From Tubulanus polymorphus (Eukaryota > Animalia > Nemertea), in NCBI RefSeq assembly GCF_964204645.1, contig NC_134034.1, forward strand, positions 10,676,962-10,740,961: a stretch of DNA of 64,000 nt, given 5' to 3'. The position numbers were made by a program, and so were the translations under genes. Every line of letters starts with the position of its first letter. Position 1 is the stretch's first letter. Positions 32,648-47,146 of the stretch are shown here, piece after piece. The notes under the pieces were generated by a model that was given only the letters and a program-made list of their open reading frames with translations, searched no databases and was not told the DNA's origin.

Positions 32648-33398
32648 CCTTCTGAGCAAAGATGTCTGCTTCAATAATTCCCCCTATGACGTCATCGAAC
32701 CATGAATTACAATTAACGATCTGTGGATCCTTCAGAGCAAAGATGTCCGCTTCCATAATTCCCCCTATGACATCATTAAATCATTACAACTAACGATCTG
32801 TGGATCCTTCAGAGCAAAGATGTCCGCTTCCATAATTCCCCCTATGACATCATCGAACCATGAATTACAATTAACGATCTGTGGATCCTCCTGAGCAAAG
32901 ATGTCCGCTTCCATAATTCCCCCTATGACATCATCGAACCATGAATTACAATTAACGATCAGTGGATCCTTCAGAGCAAAGATGTATGCTTCCATAATTC
33001 CCCCTATGACATCATCGAACCATGAATTACAATTAACGATCAGTGGATCCTTCAGAGCAAAGATGTCCGCTTCCATAATTCCCCCTATGACATCATCGAA
33101 CCATGAATTACAATTAACGATCAGTGGATCCTTCAGAGCAAAGATGTCCGCTTCCATAATTCCCCCTATGACATCATCGAACCATGAATTACAATTAACG
33201 ATCTGTGGATCCTTCAGAGCAAAGATGTCCGCTTCCATAATTCCCCCTATGACATCATCGAACCATGAATTACAATTAACGATCTGTGGATCCTTCTGAG
33301 CAAAGATGTCCACTTCCATAATTCCCCTTATGACATCATCGAACCATGAATTACAATTAACGATCTGTGGATTCTCCTGAGCAAAGATGTCCACTCCC
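32648..33398. repeat. 81-bp minisatellite, about 9 copies
   Basis: 27-aa periodicity in the ORF track. Confidence 0.92.
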
Positions 33399-34367
33399 AA
33401 AAATCTGTCTAACTATCGGACGAATAATTTGATGTTTAAACCCTTATCGAGTGGTAAAGACATGCGCTTTCATGATCTAAACTACGACACACTATTGGCA
33501 GATGGATTACGTAGTTCGAATAAATGCCACCGCATGGCAGCACGCGCAAAATATAACGGAAAGTTTCCAGTGTGGGAAAACTCAAAACAGCAGCAGAGAG
33601 AGAGAGAGATAGAGAGAGGGAGAGAGATAGAGAGCAACACCAGAACCGCCTTAGAAAGATGCTCTCATTATCCGTCTAAATAAATAGGATTAAAAGATAC
33701 TAAAATCGAATCAGCGAGAATTTAGCGACGTCTGCTCCGGCGCGGAACGTATAATAACTTTCATCATCCGTCAGACGGACCGAGTTTCTAACGATTTCGC
33801 GTCGTCGTTCGGCGCGCGCCGTCGTTAAAACCGATTAAAGTCGTTAAATTTTTTAATCCGTCCTCGTCGTCCGACCGGTTATTAATCAGATTTATACGAA
33901 AAAGGAATCGAAATGTCATTTGCTCGCGACGACGACGCCGAAATCGAGACTTCGATCGGATCGAACGACCGAAATCCGAAATAACGGACGGCGATTTGGT
34001 TTTTCTCGAAATCTGCGCGGTTTTTAAAAACGGACCGATCGCTGCGCGAGCGCGCAAACGAGTTTCGGGTTTTCGCAGACCGGATAAAAAAGCGACAGTG
34101 AAAGTTATACGTGATCTACGCGGTGTGATGAATACCAAGGTAGGAAATGATTTTACTTTCTTTTGTTGATGAATAAGCGCAACAATGAGGGAAATTGCAT
34201 TTATGCGATGAACAGTGTTTTATGTTGGGTGTGGAACTAGTATTTTACGTTAAGCGCAATGAGTCTTTTTTTTTTTAGAAAATAGCGCTATATGAAAGCA
34301 TATCTTATTTTCATTATCATCATTATTATTATTATTATTAACCCAATTTTCTTAGTACTAGACGGTG

Positions 34368-34742
34368 AGTTTTCAGACCAAACTAGAAGTTGAATTTTCA
34401 GACTGGACTAGACATTGAATTTTCAGACTGGACTAGACATTGAATTTTCAGACTGGACTAGACATTGAATTTTCAGACTGGACTAGACATTGAATTTTCA
34501 GACTGGACTAGACATTGAATTTTCAGACTGGACTAGACATTGAATTTTCAGACTGGACTAGACATTGTATTTTCAGACTGGACTAGACATTGTATTTTCA
34601 GACTGGACTAGACATTGAATTTTCAGACTGGACTAGACATTGTATTTTCAGACTGGACTAGACATTGAATTTTCAGACTGGACTAGACATTGTATTTTCA
34701 GACTGGACTAGACATTGAATTTTCAGACTGGACTAGACATTG
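34368..34742. repeat. 25-bp minisatellite
   Basis: gaattttcagactggactagacatt. Confidence 0.92.
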
Positions 34743-36760
34743 GTGTGTCTATCTGTGAAGTAAAATTTCACCACAATTTGACATCTAAAATGGTCGTTTA
34801 ATTGAAAACGAACTAGAAATAATCCTGATTTCGAGAGTAATTCGATATTTCTGGTAGTTGTAGAGCTCTTTAGAATAGTAGAAACTACTCTCAAATACAA
34901 GTGGCAGTGAGGTCTAATTCTAGTTCTAAGGTAAATTCTAATTTTAAGAGTTCTAGAGTTAATTCTAATTTCAAGAATTCTACAGTTTATTTTAATTTCA
35001 AGAGTTCTAAGGTAAATTCTTATTTTAACAGTTCAAAGGTAAATTCTAATTTCAAGAGTTCAAGTTAATTTTAATTTCAAATGTTCTACGGTGAATTTTA
35101 ATCTTAAGAGTTCTACAGTTTATTTCAATTTCAAGAGTTCTAAGGTAAATTCAAATTTTAAGAGTTCAAAGGTAAATTCTAATTTTAAGATTTAATCTTA
35201 AGATTTCTACAGTTAATTCCAATTTTAAGAGTTCTAGAGTTAATTCTAACTTTAAGAGTTCTAGAGTTAATTTCAATTTCAAGAGCTCTAAGGTAAATTC
35301 TGATTTTGAGCGTTCTAGGCTACAGTAATTTCTAAATCATTTTCAGAGGTAATTGGAGAAATTTCTAGAATTCAACCTCAACCGCAAATTCAAATTCATA
35401 AACAAAATCCTTCGTCGATTGCCGCAGCAGGCATCGGAGGATCTACATTAAAATGACGTTTATTTCAATTTGAAAAATGATCATTCATTTCAAACAATTC
35501 GCGCACGACATTAAGGCGCGACAGAAAAATTCTATTCCAATATGATATTGTATTTATTGACCCCTGCCTGCGCGATCAATCGAAACAATATTTCCCCGAA
35601 AAAAAAAATTAAAACCCGACAAACGAAGATTAATCGTCGTAAAAAATCCTGGAAATTTGTTTTCCCGATGACGATTAATTATTGTTTGACGACAAACAAC
35701 CGCGATCGCGCGATCATCATCGGCGGGATTCGAAAAATTAATCGCGCGCGCGAGATGCGACGTCGCCGAATTAAGATTGATCGATGTTTTTGAATATACG
35801 TTGGGTGTGTTCGTGTACATAGACACATACTTCAGTTAAAAATGGAATCGCCGCTGAATAATCGCGCGGTGATTTTTAATTTTGGTTAAGTTATTGTTGT
35901 CGCGAAACGATCATCGACGCAGAGACTGATAAATGCTGGTTGAAATTAATGGTTGACAGCTCTTTGTGCGTCAGAGGGGACAGTTAAGTATTTTCAGAGG
36001 CTGTTCCTAATAATCAGGGATGATTGACAGCTCTTTGTGCGTCAGAGGGGACAGTAAAGTATTTTCAGAGACTGTTGCTGACATTCAGGGATGGTTGACA
36101 GCTCTGTGTGTGTCAGGGGGGACAGTAAACTATTTTCAGAGACTGTTCCTAACAATCGGTGATGCTTGACAGCTCTTTGAGCATCAGGGGGGACAGTAAA
36201 GTTTTTTCAGACACTGTTGCTGACAATCAGGAATACACGCCAAAGACTACATTTTTTCTGACAATCAATTCTTACTAGATTACAACATTTTCCAGCTCAG
36301 TCGGCGCGACAGTGGCCCACTTTTACCGGTAAAAATCTATTTCTAATCCTTCGACAGTTTTGCCGTAAATTCCTCTCGCTGATTGGGAGTTTTGTTCATC
36401 AAGCGCGCGCGCAGGGGATAAACCATCGTCACATCAGACAACTGTGAGTTACATTCACAATTAACCCATCGCTGAACTCATCGAAAACGTCAATCGCGAT
36501 AATTCAACGCATGGCGCGACTGAGGGCAGACGGCGAATATGGCCGCCATCGGCGATCATGTCCGACCAATTCCATTCCCTTGTCGTCGTAATCAACGATA
36601 ATAATGAATGAACAAACAATCCATGAGCGAATAATTTCCTGACAAATTGAATAAATCGACACTTGCAGTTTAGAGAGATCGGTACTGATCGATCGTGTGC
36701 TTCGACTCTTGAAGTAATGCATACAATAGACTCTCAAGACTGTCAATGTTAGCAAATATG

Positions 36761-37436
36761 AAACTGATAAGATTCTACCCCCAGTTCATGTTAAATACTG
36801 AGTAAGAGTTTGTGTGAAATACAGTAGACTCTGTCTCTTACTGCGGTAAAGTCTCTTACTGCGGTAAAGTTGAGACTGGTAAAATTCTACCCCGAGTTGA
36901 TGTCAAATACTGAGTAAGAGTTTGTGAAATACAGTAGACCCTGTCTCTTACTGCGGTAAAATTGAGACTGGTAAAATTCTACCCCGAGTCGGTGTCAAAT
37001 ACCGAGTAAGCGTTTGTGAAATAAAGTTGGCTCTGTCTCTTACTGCGGTAAAATTGAGACTGATAAAATTCTACCCCGAGTCGGTGTCAAATACTGAGTA
37101 GGCGTTTGTGAAATACAGTAGACCCTGTCTCTTACTGCGGTAAAATTGAGACTGGTAAAATTCTACCCCGAGTCGGTGTCAAATACCGAGTAGGCGTTTG
37201 TGAAATAAAGTTGGCTCTGTCTCTTACTGCCGTAAAGTTGAGACTGGTAAAATTCTACCCCGAGTCGGTGTCAAATACCGAGTAGGCGTTTGTGAAATAA
37301 AGTTGGCTCTGTCTCTTACTGTGGTAAAATTGAGACTGGTAAAATTCTACCGCGAGTCGGTGTCAAATACCGAGTAGGCATTTATGAAATAAAGTTGGCT
37401 CTGTCTCTTACTGTGGTAAAGTTGACAGTGGTAAAA
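36761..37436. repeat. 92-bp minisatellite, about 7 copies
   Basis: ctgtctcttactgcggtaaaattgagactggtaaaattctaccccgag... Confidence 0.9.
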
Positions 37437-37853
37437 CATTCTTATATATATATATATATATTACCTAACTCGCCGTCCCTCGCGTTGCCAGAAGTTTTTT
37501 TCGAGGCATTGTAAACAACGTGACCTTTCATTACAACAAAAACACGTTCGTCAGTTGTGTCTCTACAAACTCGCTTCGCGCCGTTCGCTGGCTAACGCTG
37601 AGATGTAATTCGAGCACTGTTATATGAATCTTGAGATGACAAATTCCGCAAGACACTTCTTAGGATAATTGGATCCGCTGGAAAGCTGTTAGCCGTGATT
37701 GTAGAGTGAAGAGCCGATATCAACACGGTTTAGGAGAGCCTTCCGTATCAACTACCAGTCGTACAACTTTCTCTCTCTCCCGCTCTCCCTCCCTCTCTCT
37801 CCCTCTCTCTCTCCCTCTCTCTCTCCCTCTCTCTTTCCCTCTCTCTTTCCCTC

Positions 37854-37889
<36 letters not shown>

Positions 37890-38486
37890 CCTCTCCCTCT
37901 CCCTCTCCCTCTCCCTCTCCCTCTCTCTCCCTCTCCCTCTCTCTCCCTCTCTCCCTCTCCCTCTCCCTCTCTCTCCTTCTCCCTCTCTCTGATTACCCGT
38001 ATACCCCAGCTTAGACGAATAAAATACTAAATCTAAATGAAACTACAGCGCCATCTTTTAGACCTTTTCGAACGATCGAATAAGTGTTCACTAAATCGTG
38101 TTTATATTTCTAGAGAGACTGAAAAAATCATCAAAAAAAGGTGCACGATCAACCTTTTGGTTTTCCTATTGCCTAAATCAAAGCAGTCCCTGAATTAAGA
38201 CCATTTTGAAGACTACTTTTACATCTTACGCGTAAATAACTTTTTAAGTACGTTAGATAAATCATCGGCGATACCAATGACGGTGTGTAATTCTATACAG
38301 ACAATAGGGGGGGGGGGGGCTTCTAGCACCGTGTCCCGAGGTCTTACCAGCCAGTGCCTGTTATACTGAGTCACTCATTTTTTACTCTCTGCAACATATC
38401 CATATCTCCACCGGGGGATCCAATTTTGCTAGGGGGTTCCCACTTATTCAAATAGCTGGAAATTCTAAAAGTCAGGTGACGATGTC

Positions 38487-38528
38487 ACACCTGACGATGA
38501 TCTCTAGGGTGAGATCGAAACGTCGTGT
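38487..38528 (+). ncRNA. Minimal type I hammerhead ribozyme (Penelope-like pLTR type)
   Basis: acac-CTGACGA-t-gatctc-tagggt-gagatc-GAAA-cg-TC-gtgt: intact core, 6-bp stem II, 4-bp stem I. Confidence 0.7.
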
Positions 38529-39285
38529 CTTTTAAATATTTTAGATTTAATAAATAAATTCTGGTTTTTAAATTCTTTTAATCTGTAAATAGTGGGATTT
38601 TATCTTATTATCCGTTCACCACGTTTGAGTGTGGTCATCGTTCTATCAGTCCCGACCTTTTCCAAAGGCGGCGTTTAGGGGCCGAGTCGCAACTGACCTA
38701 CGCTGCTCTTGCAACTGATGACTGAGACCAGTTTCAACCGACAGTCGCGACCCGTCCTACGCGAGTCTCAGATTCCCACAGGTCGTCGAACATCGATGAA
38801 AGATGGATCCGATCCCTCATAGCTAGAAAAGATTACAAGAGACGCAAATCGCGGTCTGTTCGTTTTCATCGAGGCAGGCACGGGCTCGTCGTGTTCCGTC
38901 GCTTGTAACTAAGCAATATTTATCGCGCCGCGTTATGCTTTACATCATCATCAGCATCATCATCGTCGTCGTCTTAACGCCGAGTCGACTTCGCGCGCGA
39001 GAGATGCCACCCGCGTCGCTCGTAAGAAAGACAAATATATATTTCGCGCGGTTTTGCAGCGACTAATACTTTTATTTCGCGCGTGACCGATCGCGAATAA
39101 CGTCCGTCTGCTTGTAATGAGAATCGGACGTTCGTATCATCTGCTCATCGACGCGTGGTCTATCGAGGAATTCGTTTTCTTTAAATTGACATCAAGTACG
39201 ACGCAACGGGATCAAAAGTTCTACATTGATTTATTGTCGCAGAACCGACAGTTTCATAGGTCAATATGTTCCTGCTTCAGTTCTC

Positions 39286-39770
39286 TTTGTGGGCATAATT
39301 TCACTCTGGATCCAGCTCCACAGTTGTGTGGGTTTGATTTGACTCTGGATCCAGCTCCACAATTGTGTGGGTTTAATTTGACTCTAGATCCAGCTCCACA
39401 GTTGTGTGGGTTTAATTTGACTCTAGATCCAGCTCCACAGTTGTGTGGGTTTGATTTGAACCTGGCCCAGTTCCACAGTTGTGTGGGTTTAATTTGACTC
39501 TAGATCCAGTTCCACAGTTGTGTAGGTTTAATTTGACTCTGGATCCAGTTCCACAGTTGTGTGGGTTTGATTTGACTCTGGATCCAGCTCCACAATTGTG
39601 TGGGTTTGATTTGACTCTGAACCAAGCTCCACAATTGTGTGGGTTTGATTTGACTCTGGATCCAGTTCCACAGTTGTGTGGGTTTACTTTGACTCTGGAT
39701 CCAGTTCCACAGTTGTGTAGGTCTAATTTGACTCTAGATCCAGTTCCACAGTTGTGTGGGTTTAATTTGG
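39286..39770. repeat. 39-bp minisatellite (reverse orientation)
   Basis: Same family; another array at 43331-43637. Confidence 0.9.
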
Positions 39771-40472
39771 CTGTAATGTTGGTTAACTGGGTCAACTTCA
39801 ACTAGTCAACGTGTGTCATCTTGTGCAAGTCTAATGCAAAAGGGCAGGAAACAGAGAAGAGAGAGGGAGAGGGGGAGAGAGAGGGGAAGGGGGAGAGAGA
39901 GGGAGAGAGGGAGAGAGGGGGAGGGAGAGATGGAGGAGAGATTTTAATGATCTCTCATGATGCAACCGTATTTTACCGATCGACAAACAAACGGCCGATC
40001 AATGACGAAGTCGTCTGCTGCCGTTTGGCGACAGCGGTGGAAATTTGATCGAGTCACCGCATGATAGGGCGATTAAAGGATAGAAAAAACTTGCCGCACC
40101 CCGTCCACCACCCTTCCCTAGCTTAAAGGATTGGATTTCTATTTGCGGGAAGCCCTCGCGCGCGCGCAGTACCTGTAGCATGAATGGCCATTAAAAGAAC
40201 AGCGACGATGTCAACGCCGTTGTCGCGCCGGAGGATGTTTAGATTTTTAAGCAGCGTCTGTGTTCAGTTTGTTCATCCCCGGGGGTAAAACCTGCTGTCG
40301 CAACCATTAAAACTACGATTAAGCCGTTTCCCCCGGGAGTGATGTCGGTATAATACTCTACTCGGATCCTACCTCAGGTGGGGCTTAACCGCTGTTCGGC
40401 TTACAAGACAAAGCTGATTATACGGACTTATCATTCAAAATGTTCGTGATAAATTGCGCGACGAGTAACCAC

Positions 40473-40796
40473 CCATCACTGAGATCCACGTTCCCTGGGA
40501 ACCCTCAATTCTGCCGGGTGACGATCGTGATAGTAGAGCGTTCTTCACCGCGCGTAGATCGACCATCGCTGAGATCCACGTTCCTCGGGAACCCTCAATT
40601 CGGACGGGTGAAGATCGTGATAGTAGAGCGTTCCTCACCGCGCGTAGATCGACCATCGCTGAGATTCACGTTCCTCAGGAACCCTCAATTCGGTCGGGTG
40701 AAGATCGTGATAGTAGAGCGTTCCTCACCGCGCGTAGATCGACCATCGCTGAGATTCACGTTCCTCAGGAACCCTCAATTCGGTCGGGTGAAGATC
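40473..40796. repeat. 90-bp GC-rich tandem repeat, about 3.6 copies
   Basis: ccatcgctgagatccacgttcctc...gcgtagatcga. Confidence 0.88.
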
Positions 40797-42254
40797 AGCG
40801 GAGAGCTATTCACTACTGTAAAGTCAATCTCGGTTAACCGGTCATCTTTAAAGTCGTCACACTGAGGTCGTTTCTATTTTTGAGTCCCAACAGTAATTTA
40901 CTAATAAGTGTAATTCGACATTTAGAGACCTTTCACCCTTTCCCGTAAGAGGATGTTACAAGAATACAACGGACGCAAGAACGGACACGCACGCGATGGT
41001 GCTCAAGAGAACTAGCACTAAAAGTGCATCAAATCCTCCCATGAATAACCGAAGGAGCGAGAATTAATCGATGAAGGAAAATCTCGCACCACTCACGTCG
41101 TTGCACGCGATGACCGGAGAAAAAGACGTATCGCATTGGAAACTTTCTTCGACGTTCGCGACGACGCCTGTCGTGCGACGTCACCCGATAACGGAAATAG
41201 AGAAACGTCATTTCGGTTTCCGCGGATTCAGTTTTCTTCGTTGAAAGCGTCGGTAAAAAAAATGTTTTGACGGCGGCACGCGAAGCGCTGAAATTAGACA
41301 GCTCATCCATCTAGTTGATTCAGGTAGTCTGCAGGATCTAGCGCGAACTGGATCCTATATTCTGACAGCCCTTTCAGTGCATCTACACTGAGGTGCAAGT
41401 GCATCTACACTGAGGTGCAATGTATTAATTGGTTTTGACACCTGCCATGACGCAGCGCTCAAATCACTGAAATTAGGCCGCTCATCCAACTAGTAGATTC
41501 AGGTAGTCTGCAGGAGCTAGCCCGAACTGGATCATATATTCGGACAGCCCTTTCAGTGCATCTCGGTGCGTCTACACTGAGGTGCGATGGGTGTATGAAT
41601 CGGCGATTTTCTTTGCCCATACATCGCACCATGGTGTATCCATCACAATTTATGACCTTGATTGAAAGATACCGGTGCATTAACACTGAGATGCGATGTA
41701 TAAATCGGCGAATGACTTTGTTCATACATCGCACACACAACGGTGCATCCATAAGTTATAATCTCTGATGAAAGATTGCGAGGTAAGTCAACAAGTAATC
41801 TCTATGAAGAATTATCGTCAGCGCTTTCAGGTAAGGATTGGCCGGCACTGGAAGGGTTAAAAGGGGATTATACATACGACACGTTGATAAACACTTAGTC
41901 AGTTGTTCAAATGGGAAAACGTTTCATTTTGATTTCGAGTATGAAATTGATATCTGAAGGACGGCGGCGCATGGCACTCGTTCATCAGTTAAAAGCTACC
42001 AGACGTGACTAAGAGTCAGCGTAGAACCCGAGTGTTTCACTAGCTTCAATTAGAAATTACAACCAATTCAATCACGTCTATCTGCGTAGAATAAAATCAA
42101 TGACACTCAAGAGAAATGTTTTTGCTATCAACCCCAAAAGATTAGCTAGTTGAGTTAAAGTACCCAGGGGCTGAGTTACGTAATCTTGGTTGAGAGATTG
42201 TCTTTGTTCTATAACCAATCAAACATATGAGGCCACTTTATGTCCTTAGTGGTT

Positions 42255-42863
42255 TCATAGCCAATCTAACATCTTAAGACTAGTGTAAACTCATTTTGTT
42301 CCTCTAACCAATCTAACAACTTATGATCAGTCTAAGCTGATTTTGGCTCTATAACCAATCTAACAACTTATGATCAGTCTAAGCTGATTTTGGTTCTATA
42401 GCCAATCTAACAACTTATGATCAGTCTAAGCTGATTTTGGTTCTATAACCAATCTAACAAGTTATGATCAGTCTAAGCTGATTTTGGTTCTATAACCAAT
42501 CTAACAACTTATGATCAGTCTAAGCTGATTTTGGTTCTATAACCAATCTAACAAGTTATGATCACTCTAAGCTGATTTTGGTTCTATAACCAATCTAACA
42601 ACTTATGATCAGTCTAAGCTGATTTTGGTTCTATAACCAATCTAACAAGTTATGATCAGTCTAAGCTGATTTTGGTTCTATAACCAATCTAACAACTTAT
42701 GATCAGTCTAAGCTGATTTTGGTTCCATAGCCAATCTTACAACTTAAGGCCAGTCTAAACTCATTTTTGTTCTATAATCAATTTAACAACTTAAGACCAG
42801 TCTAAACTCATTTTGGTTCTATGACCAATCTAACAATTTTAGGACCAGTCTAAACTCATTTTT
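42255..42863. repeat. 47-bp minisatellite
   Basis: ttttggttctataaccaatctaacaacttatgatcagtctaagctga. Confidence 0.9.
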
Positions 42864-45752
42864 AGTCAAGGGCGCAACACGTCATAATGAGTTAGGGGTT
42901 TATCTTATTACAATATTGCAATATTGATACAACACCGACACGATGATACTCCGCACGCAACACGCCGCACACCGGGGTTCATCGCACAGATTTCACGATC
43001 GAACGAACGTCAGGATATGAAACGCATGACCACAACCGCGCGCAAACGACGAGCAGACGTACGGAGTTGACACCGAGTTGCAAAATCTCAATTACTAAAA
43101 AGGTTATCGGGGCGAAGTGGCCGCGACTGCGAGCCGCGTTGATGGAGTAAGATTCATGAGTGAAAGGACGTCAGCGTTCTCACATCACATTCTATTACAC
43201 CAAGGTAAAAAATAATATGCGTAGTATCGTGTTACATCCAAAACAACATAATGGCACCGAGTATAATACATAGAATACGGTTCTAGAGAGGTGTACGGGT
43301 TAAATTTGACACCTCTGTCCCGTTCAATTATACCCACACAACTGTGGAACTGGATCCAGAGTCAAATTAAACCCACACAACTGTGGAACTGGATCCAGAG
43401 TCAAATCAAACCCACGCAACTATGAAACTGAATCCAGAGTCAAATTAAACCCACACAACTGTGGAACTGGGTCTAGAGTCAAATTAAACCCACACAACTG
43501 TGAAACTGAATCCAGAGTTAAATAAAACACACACAACTGTGGAACTGGATCCAGAGTCAAATTCAACCCACACAACTGTGGAACTGGATCCAGAATCAAA
43601 TTAAACCCACACAACTGTGGAACTGGATTCAGAGTCATTAACTACCAATGAAACGGGTTAGCGCGCTGACAATGAAAAATGCAATATATACATTTCCAAT
43701 ATTCATTTAGACACCAAGAGATAAATGGCTGAGACGGGCAGCGAGACGGCAGCGAGGAGACAGCGAGACAGCAGCGGCCACGGATGAAGTTTCTCTCGCT
43801 CCCCGAGAGTCGGTCTATTATTCACCTTTGTACAAAAACATCCAATAAATGCTGAAGCTAAGAAAGTCGGTCGCAACAAGTAACAAGAAAACTGGATTAT
43901 TGGAAATACAATCAGTCATAGATATAGTTAGCATTGTGTGAAAGGAGAGGGGGGAAATTGGAGGGAGAAGGGAGTAAGAGAGGGGGAGAGATGGGAGGGT
44001 GAGGGGAGAGAAGGGAGCTGAAAGAAGGGAAAGATGGAGAGGAGAGGAAGAGACGAGAGAAGGAGAGAAGAAGGAGAGGAGAGGGAGAGATGGGAGAGAT
44101 GGGAGTGAAGAGAGAGGGAAAGAGAGGGAGAGACAAGAGGGAAGACAGGAGGAGAGGAAGGGGGAGAGAGGGATATAACAGGAGAGGAGAGGGAGGGAGA
44201 GGAATGGGAGATAAGGGGAGAGATAAAAGGGGAGAGAGAGAGATGATAGGAAGAAGGGAAGAGAGAGGGAGAGATAATAGGCAGAAGAGAGGGGAGAGAT
44301 GAAAGGTAAGAGGGAGAGATACACTTTCTTAGTTTCATTTATCGACCCCATTTATACGAAAACACAAATCATCTCTTCGCTCGATTTCCACATTCTCATC
44401 GATAAATAAATATCACCCTCGTCTCTCAGATGTGCCGCTGCAGCGGCGACCGCGGTTCAATTCAATCAAATATTTACCGACACTCAGCGGTTAAGGATAA
44501 ACAAATAAACTAGATTTATGGTAATGTAATCTGAGATCTATCGCTGCGACGACGGTCAGAGGCAGTGATTTACGTTTCTCAATGACAAAACGCGCCCGAA
44601 CATAAGACGACTAAATATGGCCGCTACTTCGACAATATATGTATCGATACGCGTTGAAAGGCGACGTTCTTGAAATGTATTTATGCACCCGAAGTGCTCC
44701 AAGTCAAGTTGAAATAGACAGTAGCACAGTAGCACAAATACAAGTGGGGCCAGTGGCTAGATTGAAAACATGGGTTCACGGTGAACCCTTCCCCTCACAG
44801 CTGTGGGGGAGAGTAGTGACCATTAGGTCAAAAGCATGGGTTCTCAGTGAACCATTTCCTTACCGCTGTTGTAAAAAGGCATTGGGTTCTCGGTGAACCT
44901 CCTCTTCCCACGGTTGTGGTGGGAAAACAGCGAGTAGAATGGGCACACGGGTTCCTAATGAACCACCTCTCCTCACAGCTCTCTGGTGGGAGAGCAGCGA
45001 GTAGAACAGACACATGGGTTCTTATTGAACCCCCTCTCCTCATTATAGCTGTGGTTGGAGTAGAACAGCGAGTAGAACCGACACACGAGTTCTTGAAGAG
45101 AACAGTGACTAAAAACAAACACAATACGTTCTCGGTGAACCCGAGTCTCCTCACGGCAGTCACTGAAGAAAAGACACGATTGATTCTTCTCAAAACGAAC
45201 AGCGACTGAAACCGACACGAAAGGTTCTCAGCGAACCCGAGTCTCCTCACGGCAGTCACTGAAGAACAGACACGATTGGTTCTTCTCAAAGAGAACAGCG
45301 ACTGAAACCGACACGAAAGGTTCTCAGCGAACCCCCGTCTCCTCGCAGCAGCAGCAGCAGCGCGGTGAAGTACACAGCCCCGCCGAGTTATCAGCGAATG
45401 AACACGCTATTACATCTAAAAGAAAAAGACAGCAGCAGACATGGAAACTAGCCTCCGGTAGACTCAGTCATCAGCTGGTAAAACAAACGTCATGGAATTT
45501 TTTTGCTGAAAAGTCCAACGAAGCTTATACGGTAACAGCGTCGTGTCTCTCTAACTGTCGTTATTAATGTATTCTTAATCTCTACAATACCAGAACAAAG
45601 GCTCGCGAGAGCGGATCGACGACAATTTCAGATGTCTCATTTTTATCCGCATCGGACAAATCTCTCTCAAGAGTTTTACGACCGTTTGAGTAATCGCCGA
45701 GTAGCTTCTCGCGAGAGCCCGGGAAATCATATCATTGATCGATCGCGCTGCC

Positions 45753-46389
45753 AGTCAAAGTCTTTCACTGGTCTCTCATCAATCCAGGGTTCATGTGTTT
45801 GAATCCTCGTGGTAGCAGTCAGTCAGTCTTTCACTGGTCTCTCATCAATCCAGGATTCATGTGTTTGAATCCTGGTGGTAGCAGTCAGTCAGTCTTTCAC
45901 TGGTCTCTCATCAATCCAGGGTTCATGTGTTTGAATCCTGGTGGTAGCAGTCAGTCAGTCTTTCACTGGTCTCTCATCAATCCAGGGTTCATGTGTTTGA
46001 ATCCTGGTGGTAGCAGTCAGTCAGTCTTTCACTGGTCTCTCATCAATCCAGGGTTCATGTGTTTGAATCCTGGTAGTAGCAGTCAGTCAGTCTTTCACTG
46101 GTCTCTCATCAATCCAGGGTTCATGTGTTTGAATCCTGGTGGTAGCAGTCAGTCAGTCTTTCACTGGTCTCTCATCAATCCAGGGTTCATGTGTTTGAAT
46201 CCTGGTGGTAGCAGTCAGTCAGTCTTTCACTGGTCTCTCATCAATCCAGGGTTAATGTGTTTGAATCCTGGTTGTAGCAGTCAGTCAGTCTTTCACTGGT
46301 CTCTTATCAATCCGGGATTCATGTGTTTGAATCCTGGTGGTAGCAGTCAGTCAGTCAGTCTTTCACTGATCTCTCATCAATCCAGGGTC
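45753..46389. repeat. 66-bp minisatellite, about 9.5 copies
   Basis: 22-aa periodicity in the ORF track. Confidence 0.92.
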
Positions 46390-46747
46390 TCGATGATAGC
46401 AGTCGGTCTGCTGCTGTTTCACTTTTCCGACACAAACTTCATTATAACCGGTAAACAGTGGATGATTAAACGATGTTAATAACTGTCTCTCAATTAAGTT
46501 TCAGGGTCGCTGCCACTGACAACTTAATTATCCACGTCAGCGGCGCTGGGTGCGTTGGGCGTGCGTGTTCATCAATGTTCAATTTGTTGATATTGCTTGA
46601 TTTTATCAGTTGAATAGGTTGAAACTGGTGCAAAGTCATTTATACGTGATACGACACGTGAGTCAGATACCGTCTTCCCGATTTCGTCGTCTAGTCGTTG
46701 GATCGTAAATACAAAAAGCGCTCGGTGAACTACTGTAGCCCTCAGGG

Positions 46748-47146
46748 GCAAGTGAGGATCCACCAGGTGTCGCTAGTGTGCAGGACATCAACTGCTGCAG
46801 TAGAATATTCCACTTGTGGCAAGTGAGGATCCACCAGGTGTCGCTAGTGTGCAGTAGGACATCAACTACTGCGGCAATGGGGTATTCCACTTGTGGCAAG
46901 TGAGAATCCACCAGGTGTCGCTAGTGTGCAGTAGGACATCAACTACTGCCGCAATGGGGTATTCTACTTGTGGCAAGTGAGGATCCACCAGGTGTCGCTA
47001 GTGTGCAGTAGGACATCAACTACTGCGGCAATGGGGTATTCTACTTGTGGCAAGTGAGGATCCATCAGGTGTCACTAATGTGCAGTAGGACAACAACTAT
47101 AACTGGTAATAGAGGATTCCACTTGTGGCAAGTGAGGATCCACCAG
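46748..47146. repeat. 77-bp tandem repeat, about 5 copies
   Basis: cacttgtggcaagtgaggatccaccaggtgtcgctagtgtgcagtaggacatcaactactgc... Confidence 0.9.

Noticed and set aside
32765-33400. 211-aa repeat ORF (also 45793-46479, 51087-51518, 62592-63278, 40440-40865)
   Set aside because: Open only because unit lengths are multiples of 3; no splice context or domain signal.
38935-39027. MLYIIISIIIVVVL… signal-peptide-like ORF with gtaaga donor
   Set aside because: Hydrophobicity comes from (ATC)n(GTC)n; no other support.
41780-41840. Strong plus-strand donors gtaagt/gtaagg
   Set aside because: Lie inside a decayed piggyBac-like MITE with no matching exon.
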